A stretch of DNA of 64,000 nucleotides from Pseudomonadota bacterium (GCA_038746545.1 JBCDKN010000011.1:19295-83294); one strand, 5' to 3'. Shown: positions 10,886-20,029, counted from the stretch's first letter. Made by a program: numbers and translations. The notes: a model not told the origin generated them from the letters alone.

Positions 10886-11901
10886 GCCGCGGCCTCCTCG
10901 GACAGACGGATCCGCGGGTCGATCAGCGGATAGATCAGGTCGACGAGGAAAACCGAGAACGCGGTCATCAGGATAATGATGTAGCTGACCCCCTGGATGA
11001 CGGCGAAATCCTGATCGAGGATCGCGTCATAGAGAAGCTTGCCCATCCCGTTGTAGCCAAAGATCCGCTCTACCAGGATCTGACCTGAGACCAGCAGCCC
11101 GATCTTGAGGGCAAATGCGGTGATCTGCGGAAGGATCGCGTTGCGCACCATGTATTTGTAGAGGACATAGCGGGGCTTCAGCCCCTTGGCCTTGGCGAGG
11201 TTGACGTAATCCTCCCCCTGCACCGAGATCATCAATCCGCGCATCCCCAACGTCCAGAACCCGAAGGTCACGACGATGATCGACAGCGCAGGCAGGGTTC
11301 CGTGCTCGATCACACTGGCGACAAAGGTCCAGTCCCAGCCCGGCTCCACCGTCAGCCCGTAGCTGCCCGTCAGCGGCAACCATCGGAGCGTGATCGAGAA
11401 GATATACATCAGGAGCAGCCCCGACAGGATCGGTGGGATCGAGGTGAAGATCATGAAGGTCGGGATCACCACCTTCCAGATGCGCGGGGTCCGCTCCCAG
11501 ACCATGAAGGCACCCAGCGCATTGCCGATGAGGAAGGTGATCACCACCGACAGGATCATCAGGCCCAGGGTCCAGGGGAGCGCCTGCGCGATCAGCACCG
11601 AAACCGGGGTCGGGAAGGAGGCTGTGGAGATACCGAGATTGAAGGTCAGCAGGTTCCCCATGTATTTCAGGTATTGCACGATCAGCGGATCGTTCAGCCC
11701 GAAATCCGCGCGCAACTGGGCGAGGATCGCTTCGCTATCGGCCACCGCGCCGCCGCCGGCGGCCATGCGGCTGAGCATGATCTCCGCAGGATCCACGGGG
11801 GAAAAGCGTGGGATCAGCCAGATCAGCGTCGCCGCGATAAAAACCGTCAGCACAAAGGTGACCGCGCGGTTGATCAGATAGCTGCGTGGAATGCCCAACA
11901 T
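10882..11901 (-). CDS. ABC transporter permease (OppB/DppB-like)
   Basis: FGLNDPLIVQY, DYVNLAKAKGL, VERIFGYNGMG motifs. Confidence 0.92.
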   Translation of the reverse strand: MLGIPRSYLINRAVTFVLTVFIAATLIWLIPRFSPVDPAEIMLSRMAAGGGAVADSEAILAQLRADFGLNDPLIVQYLKYMGNLLTFNLGISTASFPTPVSVLIAQALPWTLGLMILSVVITFLIGNALGAFMVWERTPRIWKVVIPTFMIFTSIPPILSGLLLMYIFSITLRWLPLTGSYGLTVEPGWDWTFVASVIEHGTLPALSIIVVTFGFWTLGMRGLMISVQGEDYVNLAKAKGLKPRYVLYKYMVRNAILPQITAFALKIGLLVSGQILVERIFGYNGMGKLLYDAILDQDFAVIQGVSYIIILMTAFSVFLVDLIYPLIDPRIRLSEEAAA

Positions 11902-11971
11902 GGCAGCCTTCCCCTTTCTTAGAGTGATGCAGGACGCCCCGAGGCATCCCGCAGTCGCTTAACCCCGCATG

Positions 11972-12751
11972 TCAGGCCGCCGCAGCGCTCGCCCGGCTCG
12001 CATGGTGGTTCCAGCCGCGCAGGACCATGCGCTCGTCAGGATGGGTGTTGCCCTCCACCACCCGGTCCTGACCGTCATACATCTGGACGAGCACGGTCTT
12101 GCGCGTGCGGTCCGACCGGTTCGGCATGGAGCCATGCAGGGTCAGGTAGTGAAAGAACAAGACGTCCCCGGCCTCAGCCTCAAGGATCTTGGCCTCCTCG
12201 ATCGGGTAACGGTCGAGCGTCGCGTTGGACTGGCGCCCATCCGCGCCCTCGATCCGTCCCAGCTTGTGAGAGCCCGGGTAAACCCGCAGGCAACCCATCT
12301 CATCAGCCGCATCGCTCACATGGACGATGGCCGCGATCATCCGGTCCTGTTCGGTCGGAAAATAGGGCCAATCCTGATGCATCGGAAAGGGCGCCCCCGC
12401 CTCGGCCGGCTTCTGGAACAGCTTGGAATGGTGCAGCACGATGTCGGGGCCTAGGATCTCTTCGGCGACATCGAGAAACCCATCATCGAGAAAGGCGTTG
12501 AGCCAGGCGCGCGAGTATTTCTGCACGTTGTGCGTGTGCAGGATCTTGTCCCCTGCCCGGGCCAGACGGGCGGTCTCGTCGCCCTCCCATGTGGCATCCA
12601 CCTGTTCGCCAGAGCGCAACAACTGCCCGACGATACGGTCAAAATCCGCCGCCAACGGCACCAACTGGCTTGCGCTCAGCAGGCCCTTTGCGTGGTAGTA
12701 GCCGTTTTCTTCAAAAAAGCGTCCGATCTCGGACATGGGTCTCTCGGACAT
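11972..12751 (-). CDS. Phytanoyl-CoA dioxygenase (PhyH) family Fe(II)/2-oxoglutarate dioxygenase
   Basis: HQD...HGS facial triad, GCLRVYPGSHK, distal Arg in NRSDRTR. Confidence 0.9.
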   Translation of the reverse strand: MSERPMSEIGRFFEENGYYHAKGLLSASQLVPLAADFDRIVGQLLRSGEQVDATWEGDETARLARAGDKILHTHNVQKYSRAWLNAFLDDGFLDVAEEILGPDIVLHHSKLFQKPAEAGAPFPMHQDWPYFPTEQDRMIAAIVHVSDAADEMGCLRVYPGSHKLGRIEGADGRQSNATLDRYPIEEAKILEAEAGDVLFFHYLTLHGSMPNRSDRTRKTVLVQMYDGQDRVVEGNTHPDERMVLRGWNHHASRASAAAA

Positions 12752-12756
12752 GGGTC
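12727..12756. repeat. Perfect 15-bp tandem duplication spanning the PhyH start codon
   Basis: TCTCGGACATGGGTC x2 (12727-12741, 12742-12756), giving MSERP-MSEIG. Confidence 0.9.
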
Positions 12757-12773
12757 CTCTCCCTTGGCTACAT

Positions 12774-12799
12774 CCCCGGGCGAACCATCCCGCCCGGGG
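12774..12799. other. Intercistronic GC-rich stem-loop 3' of the binding-protein gene
   Basis: CCCCGGGCG-N8-CGCCCGGGG; position typical of mRNA-stabilising hairpins after ABC binding-protein genes. Confidence 0.55.
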
Positions 12800-12811
12800 C
12801 TTTCTCTCAAA

Positions 12812-14545
12812 TCAGTTCGCCTTTTCGAGGTTGTGAATGATCTGATGCGTGTGGTTCCACCAGAAGAACGGGTGGTTGTAGTAGTTCTCGGAAGTCGGCC
12901 AGCCGGTCCAATAGGTGGTGTTCATCGGCAGAAGTTTCGCCGATTGCACCAGCGGGATGAACGGCATCTCGGCATCGAGATACTGATAGGCCTCCGCCAC
13001 CAGCGTCGGGACCTCCGGATCCCCCAGCGGCTTGTCGGCGATCTTGTCGACCAGCGCGCTATAGGCCTCGGCCCCCGGGCTGGCCCAGCGCGAGGTGTTG
13101 TTGAAGCCCGGGCTCCGCTCGCCCACGGGCACGACATCCTTGACCGTGTACCGCCCCATGGAAGCCCATGGCTCGTTCACCGACCCGCAGGAGAGCCAGC
13201 TATAGGACATCTCGAACCCGCCAAAGGGCAGAACCTCGCCCCAGAACACACCGTTCTCCACGGGCACCGACTTGGCCTGAATGCCTGCGCGGGTCAGCTG
13301 CTCGGCCACCACATCAATGGTGCGGGTATACTCTGTTGAGGCGGAGTTTACGTGAATATCCACGCTCAGAACCTCGCCATCCTTCTCATAGAGCCCGTCG
13401 CCATTCTTGGCCCAGCCCTCGCCCTCGATCAGCGCGGCCGCCGCATCCAGATCCGGCGTATCAGACAGACCGAAGCCCGCCGCCTTTACCGCATCGATGA
13501 ACGGCGCCATGGAGCCATACTGCGCGAACATCGTCTCTGACGCGACCGTCGCGCCCTCGGCGGCCACGTTCACGATCTGGTTGCGGTCGATGATCATCGC
13601 CACGGCCTTGCGCATATTGGCACTGTCCCAAGGCGCAATCGTCGTGTTGATCTCCAACTGGCGCGCGCAGGGATCGGCAGCCGCATAGGGATAATCCGGA
13701 TACCAGGCAATCACTGCCGGGTTCTGGAACTTGATCGCCTCAAATGTGCCGACCGAGACGTTCTGCGCCGCATCAATCTGGTTGGTCGCCATGAGCTGCG
13801 CGCGGCTCTCTTCGCCGCCGGTTTCCAGCCAGATCAGGCGCTGGGGCTCGGGCAGATCCATGAAGCCGGACTTCGCGCCCCACCAATCGTCATTCCGGTC
13901 CCAGATCGCCCGGTTCGTGGCGCTGGAGGTATAGGTATAGGGCCCGGTCCCGATCGGCGGGAAGAACGCGAAGGTCGCCGGATCCTGCCCGTTCCAGACA
14001 TGCTCCGGCATGATCAGGAAGGAGCCAAAGATCCGCACCCCGAAGTTTTCCACCAGAAAACGCGGGTTCGGCGCGTTCAGGGTGAACCGCACGGTCAGGT
14101 CATCGACCTTTTCGACCGCAGCCACCTGAGCCCGGATCGTCGCGGCCTCGCGCGAGGAAATCTCGCTATTCTCCAGAGCCATGGAGACGGTGAAGACCAC
14201 GTCATCGGCGTTGAACACCTCACCATCGGACCATTCCACACCCTCGCGCAGCGAGATGGTGAAGACGTCATTGCTGTCATTGCCCTCGAACCCGCTGGCC
14301 AGCCACGGGTCCAGTTCGCCCGTGCCGTAGTTCAGGATGAAGAGCGGCTCCCACATGGCCTGATGCGCGCCATGCATGCGCTTGGTGCCTGGGGTGAACC
14401 AGTTGAAATTCTCTGGATCCTTGATGGTCCGGTCGAGATCGAAGATCACCGTGTCCTCGCGGGCGACATCCTGAGCCAGGGCGGCCCCGCTGGTGGCGGC
14501 CAGCGTCGCAATCGAGATCGAAAGCAAACTGCGTCTGAGGGTCAT
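12812..14545 (-). CDS. ABC transporter substrate-binding protein, family 5 (Opp-like, likely oligosaccharide-binding)
   Basis: Signal peptide (ALAQD); LREGVEWSDG..FNADDVVFT, PIGTGPY; Trp-rich C-terminus YWTGWPT. Confidence 0.92.
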   Translation of the reverse strand: MTLRRSLLSISIATLAATSGAALAQDVAREDTVIFDLDRTIKDPENFNWFTPGTKRMHGAHQAMWEPLFILNYGTGELDPWLASGFEGNDSNDVFTISLREGVEWSDGEVFNADDVVFTVSMALENSEISSREAATIRAQVAAVEKVDDLTVRFTLNAPNPRFLVENFGVRIFGSFLIMPEHVWNGQDPATFAFFPPIGTGPYTYTSSATNRAIWDRNDDWWGAKSGFMDLPEPQRLIWLETGGEESRAQLMATNQIDAAQNVSVGTFEAIKFQNPAVIAWYPDYPYAAADPCARQLEINTTIAPWDSANMRKAVAMIIDRNQIVNVAAEGATVASETMFAQYGSMAPFIDAVKAAGFGLSDTPDLDAAAALIEGEGWAKNGDGLYEKDGEVLSVDIHVNSASTEYTRTIDVVAEQLTRAGIQAKSVPVENGVFWGEVLPFGGFEMSYSWLSCGSVNEPWASMGRYTVKDVVPVGERSPGFNNTSRWASPGAEAYSALVDKIADKPLGDPEVPTLVAEAYQYLDAEMPFIPLVQSAKLLPMNTTYWTGWPTSENYYNHPFFWWNHTHQIIHNLEKAN

Positions 14546-14648
14546 ATCTGTTCTCCTGTTGTCGTGGTCCGGCTTGGATGCCGGTTGTTTTGAAATGGGC
14601 GGACGCTTGACAGAATGTCGCAGGCTCGCCGGGGATCAACCCCTACGC

Positions 14649-15335
14649 TCAGGCTTCGGGTCGCAAGTAGTCCATGACCAGCACCCGGGTGTTCGGGGTC
14701 AAGTCTTGTTGGGAAATCTGCGCATGGGCACCAAAGACGAAGTCCACCTGGGTATCGTCGAAATGGCTCAGGAAGCTTTCGATCCACATTGTATTACGGG
14801 GCCGATAGGTGAGCGTGCGGAAATGCATCGGGATGACCAACTTGGGCTTGGCCGCATGGATCATCTTCATCAGATCCGGCAGTTCGATCGTCAGATAGCC
14901 GCCCGCCAGAGCCAGCAACACATCCACATCCTCGAAAAACGCGATCTGATCCTCGGTGAGCGGGTTTCCCACATCCCCCATATGGGCGATCTGCATCCCG
15001 TCCATCTCGAACCGGTACATCCCGTTCTGGCCCGGCACGCCGCGCGGATGATGCTCCCACTCGGCGGCTTCCACGGCGCGGATCTCGCGTCCGGCCACCG
15101 TCTGCACCCCGCCATGGTCCAGCGCCACATTCAGCGCATTGCACACCGCCGGATCCCCTGGGATCAGGTCCGCCCGGCAATGGGCATCGTCATCATCGGA
15201 CGAGATGATTACCAGATCAGCGCTTTCGGTGATGGGCGTATAGCCCACGCCCTCGGGCGTGTAGGGGTCCGTGATGACCGAGCCCGTGGCATCGCTCAAC
15301 CGGAACGCCGCATGGCCAAACCATGTGATATTCAT
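14649..15335 (-). CDS. Metallo-beta-lactamase-fold protein with atypical metal motif
   Basis: MNITWFGHAAF, ITDPY, HMGD, VIPMHF; HxHxDH position reads SSDDDDAH; GGAGGGGAAGG RBS upstream. Confidence 0.85.
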   Translation of the reverse strand: MNITWFGHAAFRLSDATGSVITDPYTPEGVGYTPITESADLVIISSDDDDAHCRADLIPGDPAVCNALNVALDHGGVQTVAGREIRAVEAAEWEHHPRGVPGQNGMYRFEMDGMQIAHMGDVGNPLTEDQIAFFEDVDVLLALAGGYLTIELPDLMKMIHAAKPKLVIPMHFRTLTYRPRNTMWIESFLSHFDDTQVDFVFGAHAQISQQDLTPNTRVLVMDYLRPEA

Positions 15336-15372
15336 TGACGCCCTTCCCCTCCCAAAGTCGGTGCGCAAATTA

Positions 15373-15388
15373 TTGCATAGGTATGCAA
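15373..15388. promoter_or_regulatory. Palindromic operator upstream of the MBL-ABC-GH38 operon
   Basis: TTGCATA-GG-TATGCAA inverted repeat about 40 nt upstream of the first gene; LacI-operator-like. Confidence 0.55.
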
Positions 15389-15495
15389 ACACCGTGAATG
15401 AACCATAGCCCCCGTTTCAAAGCAAGCACCTTCGTCAGACCTAGTGCCCGGATCCGCAACGTGGTTCTCTACGGGCAAAGAGAAGGACACCCATC

Positions 15496-15942
15496 ATGAG
15501 CATTACCTATTGGCTCGCTCTCGGGGCTGTGGCCCTGGGCGGCGCGGGCATCGCGACCCAGGCACCGATCAACGCAACTCTGGCGCGCAATGCGGGCGAT
15601 CCGGTGGCCACGGCGGCGATCTCCTTCGGCGTCGGGTTTATCGTGCTCACCGTGATTACTCTGGCCCGTGGGACTGTGCCAAGCTGGGACGCACTGGCAC
15701 CCCTGCCGTGGTGGGCCTGGTCCGGTGGAGCCCTGGGTGCAATCTATGTCTGCGCCGCCGCCTGGAGCGCGGACCGCATCGGGGTCGTCTCCCTCGTGGC
15801 GGCTCTGGTCTTCGGCCAGCTGGTCGCGGCCCTGATCCTCGACGCGATTGGGGCATTTGGCATGGCCGTGCGCGAGATCAGCCTCAGCCGCATCGCCGCG
15901 GTGGTGCTGGTCGCCGCCGGCCTGCTGCTCTCGCGGCTCTGA
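15496..15942 (+). CDS. DMT family transporter (YdcZ-like)
   Basis: QAPINATL, PWWAWSGGALGA, GQLVAALILDAIG motifs; AAGGA RBS. Confidence 0.88.
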   Translation: MSITYWLALGAVALGGAGIATQAPINATLARNAGDPVATAAISFGVGFIVLTVITLARGTVPSWDALAPLPWWAWSGGALGAIYVCAAAWSADRIGVVSLVAALVFGQLVAALILDAIGAFGMAVREISLSRIAAVVLVAAGLLLSRL

Positions 15943-16004
15943 GCGTCTGTGGGCCGAGACGGATAGCTGCATCCCGCCCCAAGACAGGCCTCAGATCGTC
16001 CGCG

Positions 16005-16544
16005 CTAGCCTCCGACAACTGCGTTGATATCCATCGAACAGGAGAACCTGTTTCGATCGAACACGAACTCTTCAGGAGCAACGCATTTGTCGAGCACATA
16101 GGGTATGTTGCCCTCGCTTAGACGATAGGGGTCACCTGCAACCACGGCCGCCATGGTGCGTTGCGCCATAGCCAGGCTTTCGCACCTGAACTGACCGCCT
16201 GTCGTCCGCGTCACGGGATTGAAACTGTTCTCGGGGTGCCGCCAACACAGCGCTTGCTGACCCGCAACAACATCAAGCTTGTACGCTTCCGCAACAACAT
16301 TCCGGTTTCCCGGATACCAAAGATAGGCACGACCATTTCCAGCAAAGAAATTGACCTGAAACCCATGTGCCAGCGAAAAACTCAAATACGTTCTATTTGG
16401 CTGAGGGTAATCTGGAAACGCATTTGGACGCGCGTTCATTTCTGCAATAGCTGTTTGAATGCTGGCATTCGGAAGATCGTTTTGTTCGCAGCCACTCAAC
16501 AGGAGAACTGCGACACTAACCATCGATATCGAGAGAGACCTCAT
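16005..16544 (-). CDS. Hypothetical lipoprotein
   Basis: Lipobox LLSGC after hydrophobic stretch; AT-richer codon usage than flanks. Confidence 0.65.
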   Translation of the reverse strand: MRSLSISMVSVAVLLLSGCEQNDLPNASIQTAIAEMNARPNAFPDYPQPNRTYLSFSLAHGFQVNFFAGNGRAYLWYPGNRNVVAEAYKLDVVAGQQALCWRHPENSFNPVTRTTGGQFRCESLAMAQRTMAAVVAGDPYRLSEGNIPYVLDKCVAPEEFVFDRNRFSCSMDINAVVGG

Positions 16545-16551
16545 CACGAAA

Positions 16552-16803
16552 TCAAGCGCTCTCCAAACAGGATTTGTACGCAGCGATCTGATCCTGAGAG
16601 GCACCGGTCGCACTTCTCAGTCCTTGGGCCTCAGCCGGGGTCATCCATTTATAAAGATCGCCAGACAATCCGGCAGATTTCCAACACCTCTCGATATCTT
16701 GCTTCGTCACTGAAGACTCTTCAGATTCTGCCACATAGGATGTTCCAGAAGAGGCGCATGCGGACAGAATAGCAACAGCTGCAAGAGCGGAGATTTTTTT
16801 CAT
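16552..16803 (-). CDS. Small hypothetical lipoprotein (83 aa)
   Basis: MKKISALAAVAILSAC lipobox; two further Cys; stop 7 nt before the next lipoprotein start. Confidence 0.65.
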   Translation of the reverse strand: MKKISALAAVAILSACASSGTSYVAESEESSVTKQDIERCWKSAGLSGDLYKWMTPAEAQGLRSATGASQDQIAAYKSCLESA

Positions 16804-17036
16804 AACGTGAGGCTTTCGCGGATTTCATTTCTGCGAGACCATCCCTAAACCCAGCTACGTTGACAATGCGAAATTCAACGCCGCGTCAATTGGCACAAGC
16901 AGGAATTGGGATGGGAACCTGAAATTAACCGAGTTTGATCATCACAATCTCAATAAACTTCGAACTCTTAGCAAGAGTGCGTTCGAAAATTTACGTCCTG
17001 CAAGAATAAAATAGACGTCGATTTACCGTCTTGTGA

Positions 17037-17864
17037 TCAGTTGCCGCCCAGATTGCGGGGGCTGTTTTCCGGTGAGACATTGTTGCCGCGCGGTCTTGCG
17101 TGGTGCTGCCAGTACTCGGAAGGATCCGAGCCCCGGCAAATGATGGCCTCGATCCCGCTGGCCCAGACCGGGTCCGTCATGCGCACCTCCGGTGGGCAAT
17201 AGCGGATCGTCAGGCCGCAGCGGCGCCGGTCGCTGAGATTGGGCGCCGAGCCATGGGCCAGCATATCCGCATGGACGGACATCTCGCCCGCGCGCAGGGC
17301 GTTGATCACCGGCGCGCCGAGGCTCTCGGTCTCGACCAGTTCCTTGTTGAGCACGCCACCTTCTGAGGCTTTCCAATCCAGCGCCCCTTTGTCATGGCTG
17401 CGCGGGATGAACTGCATGGCTGCGTTCTCCGCATCCGTGTCATCAATCGCGAGCCAGACCGTGGCCGTCCGGGCCGGGGCCAGATGCCAGAAGGCCGCGT
17501 CCTGGTGCCAGGGCACGTGCTTGGGATCGCCCGGGAGTTTGCAGAAGAAATGCGACGCCCAGCAAACAATGTCGGGGCCGACCAGATCCTCCACCACATC
17601 AAGGATCGCTGGTGCGGTGCAGAGATCCCAGATGATCTGGGACCGGGCTTGATAGCAGTTGATCGCATAGGCCCCATCCTGTCCGAGTCCGGCCAACAAC
17701 CCGTCAAAGCTGAGGCGGTTGGACTCAGCCTGACTGGGGCAAAAGGCACGCAGACCCGTGAGGTACCCTTCGCGGTTGTAATGGTCGATCTGCTCCAGGG
17801 TGAGCGTTGCCGGGTCCGGATTTTGCACCGGCGCGAAGGAGAGGTCCGGAGATGTATCGAGCAT
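17037..17864 (-). CDS. Second PhyH-family Fe(II)/2OG dioxygenase
   Basis: WHQDAAFW, TVWLAIDD, IPRSH, HGSAPN-SDRRR; AAGGA RBS. Confidence 0.9.
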   Translation of the reverse strand: MLDTSPDLSFAPVQNPDPATLTLEQIDHYNREGYLTGLRAFCPSQAESNRLSFDGLLAGLGQDGAYAINCYQARSQIIWDLCTAPAILDVVEDLVGPDIVCWASHFFCKLPGDPKHVPWHQDAAFWHLAPARTATVWLAIDDTDAENAAMQFIPRSHDKGALDWKASEGGVLNKELVETESLGAPVINALRAGEMSVHADMLAHGSAPNLSDRRRCGLTIRYCPPEVRMTDPVWASGIEAIICRGSDPSEYWQHHARPRGNNVSPENSPRNLGGN

Positions 17865-17953
17865 GGGGGTTCCTTTCTCCCCCAGTCTTTCTCTGGTTTT
17901 GCGACAATTCCGGCTCTATGTTTCCCAAAACCTCCTCTGCGTTGATATTCTGC

Positions 17954-18799
17954 ATGCCTCTCATCCTGCATCACCGGGACTACCTGAAAGACCACACGGC
18001 CTTTCACTTCGCCAGAGTGGCTCTTGGCGACGGACCGATCCCTGCACCCCATGGGCAGGATTTCCATGAGCTCTTCTTTGTCACCGAGGGCGTCGTTCAG
18101 CATCGGATCAACGGCACGCGAGAGCGTCTCGGAGCGCGCAGCTTGTGTTTCGTGCGGCCCAAAGACAGGCACGGATTGGGCGGGCCTGCGCGACTGGTGA
18201 ATGTGCTGGTTGCGCCGGATAGCGTCACGCATCTGGTCGCGCGTTATCCCGAACTCGGCGGACGGACATTCTGGAGTGCGGCGGCGCAGCCCGTGACCCT
18301 GACCCTCGACGCGGATCAGGCCAGCATGATGACACAGGCACTGGCGCGGCTGGAGGCCGGGCCGCGGAGCCAGCTCGCCATCGAAGCGCTGCTGCTGGAG
18401 GTGCATACGCGGATCCTGCGCCCCTTGCCCTTACTGCCCGGCGGGATACCGGGATGGCTGACGCGGGTGCTGCGCGCCGCCGAAGACCCGGCGGTTTTTG
18501 CCCGCGGGCCGAGCGCGCTGGCCGAGATCGCGGGAAAATCCCCCGCCTATCTCGCGCGCAGTTTTCGGGCGCATCTGGGCGCAACACCGACCGAATGGGT
18601 CAATGCGCGACGGATGGCGCATGCCGCGCGGCTGATGACCGGCACGGATTTGAGCCTGACCCGTGTGGCGGAGGCCTGTGGGATCGACGCGCCCAGCCAT
18701 TTCCACGCGCTTTTTAAAGCCCATCACGGAGTGCCTCCGGCAACATGGCGGCGGGCCCATCGGCGCAATGTGGTGCAACCCTCCGGGCCGGGTTCCTAG
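17954..18799 (+). CDS. AraC family regulator with N-terminal cupin (ChbR/RhaR-like)
   Basis: PHGQDFHELF cupin motif; C-terminal double HTH (YLARSFR, VAEACG..SHFHALFK); divergent from second PhyH. Confidence 0.88.
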   Translation: MPLILHHRDYLKDHTAFHFARVALGDGPIPAPHGQDFHELFFVTEGVVQHRINGTRERLGARSLCFVRPKDRHGLGGPARLVNVLVAPDSVTHLVARYPELGGRTFWSAAAQPVTLTLDADQASMMTQALARLEAGPRSQLAIEALLLEVHTRILRPLPLLPGGIPGWLTRVLRAAEDPAVFARGPSALAEIAGKSPAYLARSFRAHLGATPTEWVNARRMAHAARLMTGTDLSLTRVAEACGIDAPSHFHALFKAHHGVPPATWRRAHRRNVVQPSGPGS

Positions 18800-19005
18800 G
18801 GATTGGTGGCGCGGTCCACGAGCGGTCCGCGTGAACGCAGACCAGATGCACGCCGCAACTGGCGATGGCGGGCGGGCTCAAAACAACATCTCTGCGCGGG
18901 GCAAACGAGGCTCGTGTCACCCTATCCGCTCTTGGGACGTGGCGGCGTGCTTGCGCCCTTTCCCGCCCCGTGTCAGCCTTGGATCAAGCAGCAGGAGACC
19001 AAATC

Positions 19006-20025
19006 GTGAGCAGCACTCAACCCGGCCCCACCGCCACCGGCCAGCAGATCGACCTGCACCGGGCGCATTTGCCGGAAGCAAGTTTGCAGCGCAATCCCGG
19101 CATGGCGCTCGATCTCGATTGGGTGCGCACCGTTGCGATCAACACCTCCGCCGTGGAACGCCGGGCGGCCACCTTGCCCGGACGGCGCTCAGTCAAGACG
19201 ACCTTCCAGGCCGCGTGGCTCCTGAAGGCGATCACTTTGATAGATCTGACCACACTCGCGGGCGATGACACGCCAGGTCGGGTGCAACGCCTATGCGCCA
19301 AGGCGCGCCAGCCTGTCGATCCGGACACCCTGAAAGCGCTCGGCATGGGGGCGATCACCACCGGCGCGGTATGCGTCTATCACGACATGGTGGAAACGGC
19401 CGTGGCGGCTCTCGAAGGTTCGGGCATCCCCGTGGCGGCCGTCTCCACAGGTTTTCCAGCTGGCCTGTCCCCCTTTCGCCTCCGCGTGGTCGAGATCGAG
19501 GAAAGCGTCGCGGCTGGAGCCAAAGAGATCGATATCGTGATCTCGCGGCGTCATGTGCTGACCGGCAACTGGCACGCACTCTATGACGAGATGCAGGCCT
19601 TTCGCCAGGCGTGCGGCGAGGCCCATGTGAAGGCGATCCTCGCCACCGGCGAGCTGGGCAGCTTGGGCAATGTGGCCAAGGCTAGTCTGGTTTGCATGAT
19701 GGCCGGGGCGGATTTCATCAAAACCTCGACGGGCAAGGAAGGCGTCAACGCGACCCTACCGGTGAGCCTGACCATGATCCGCGCAATCCGCGACTACGAG
19801 GCCGCGACCGGCATCAAGGTAGGCTACAAGCCTGCGGGCGGGATCTCGAAGGCGAAGGATGCTCTGGTTTATCTGAGCCTGCTAAAGGAAGAACTTGGAG
19901 ATCGCTGGCTGCAGCCGGATCTCTTCCGCTTCGGCGCCTCCTCGCTTCTGGGCGATATCGAGCGGCAGCTCGAGCACCACGTCACCGGGGCCTATTCCGC
20001 GGCCCACCGGCACGCGCTTGGCTGA
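19006..20025 (+). CDS. deoC: Deoxyribose-phosphate aldolase (long form)
   Basis: IDLTTL, TGFPAG, GADFIKTSTGK, GYKPAGG, RFGASSLL; GTG start after AGGAG. Confidence 0.95.
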   Translation: MSSTQPGPTATGQQIDLHRAHLPEASLQRNPGMALDLDWVRTVAINTSAVERRAATLPGRRSVKTTFQAAWLLKAITLIDLTTLAGDDTPGRVQRLCAKARQPVDPDTLKALGMGAITTGAVCVYHDMVETAVAALEGSGIPVAAVSTGFPAGLSPFRLRVVEIEESVAAGAKEIDIVISRRHVLTGNWHALYDEMQAFRQACGEAHVKAILATGELGSLGNVAKASLVCMMAGADFIKTSTGKEGVNATLPVSLTMIRAIRDYEAATGIKVGYKPAGGISKAKDALVYLSLLKEELGDRWLQPDLFRFGASSLLGDIERQLEHHVTGAYSAAHRHALG

Positions 20026-20029
20026 GGGC

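Noticed and set aside
5357-10933. Long plus-strand ORFs (504, 327, 388, 577 aa) opposite the GH38/ABC genes
   Set aside because: Antisense shadows of real genes in GC-rich DNA; no motifs
11972-17864. PhyH proteins as halogenases
   Set aside because: Both keep Asp in HxD; Fe/2OG halogenases have Ala or Gly there
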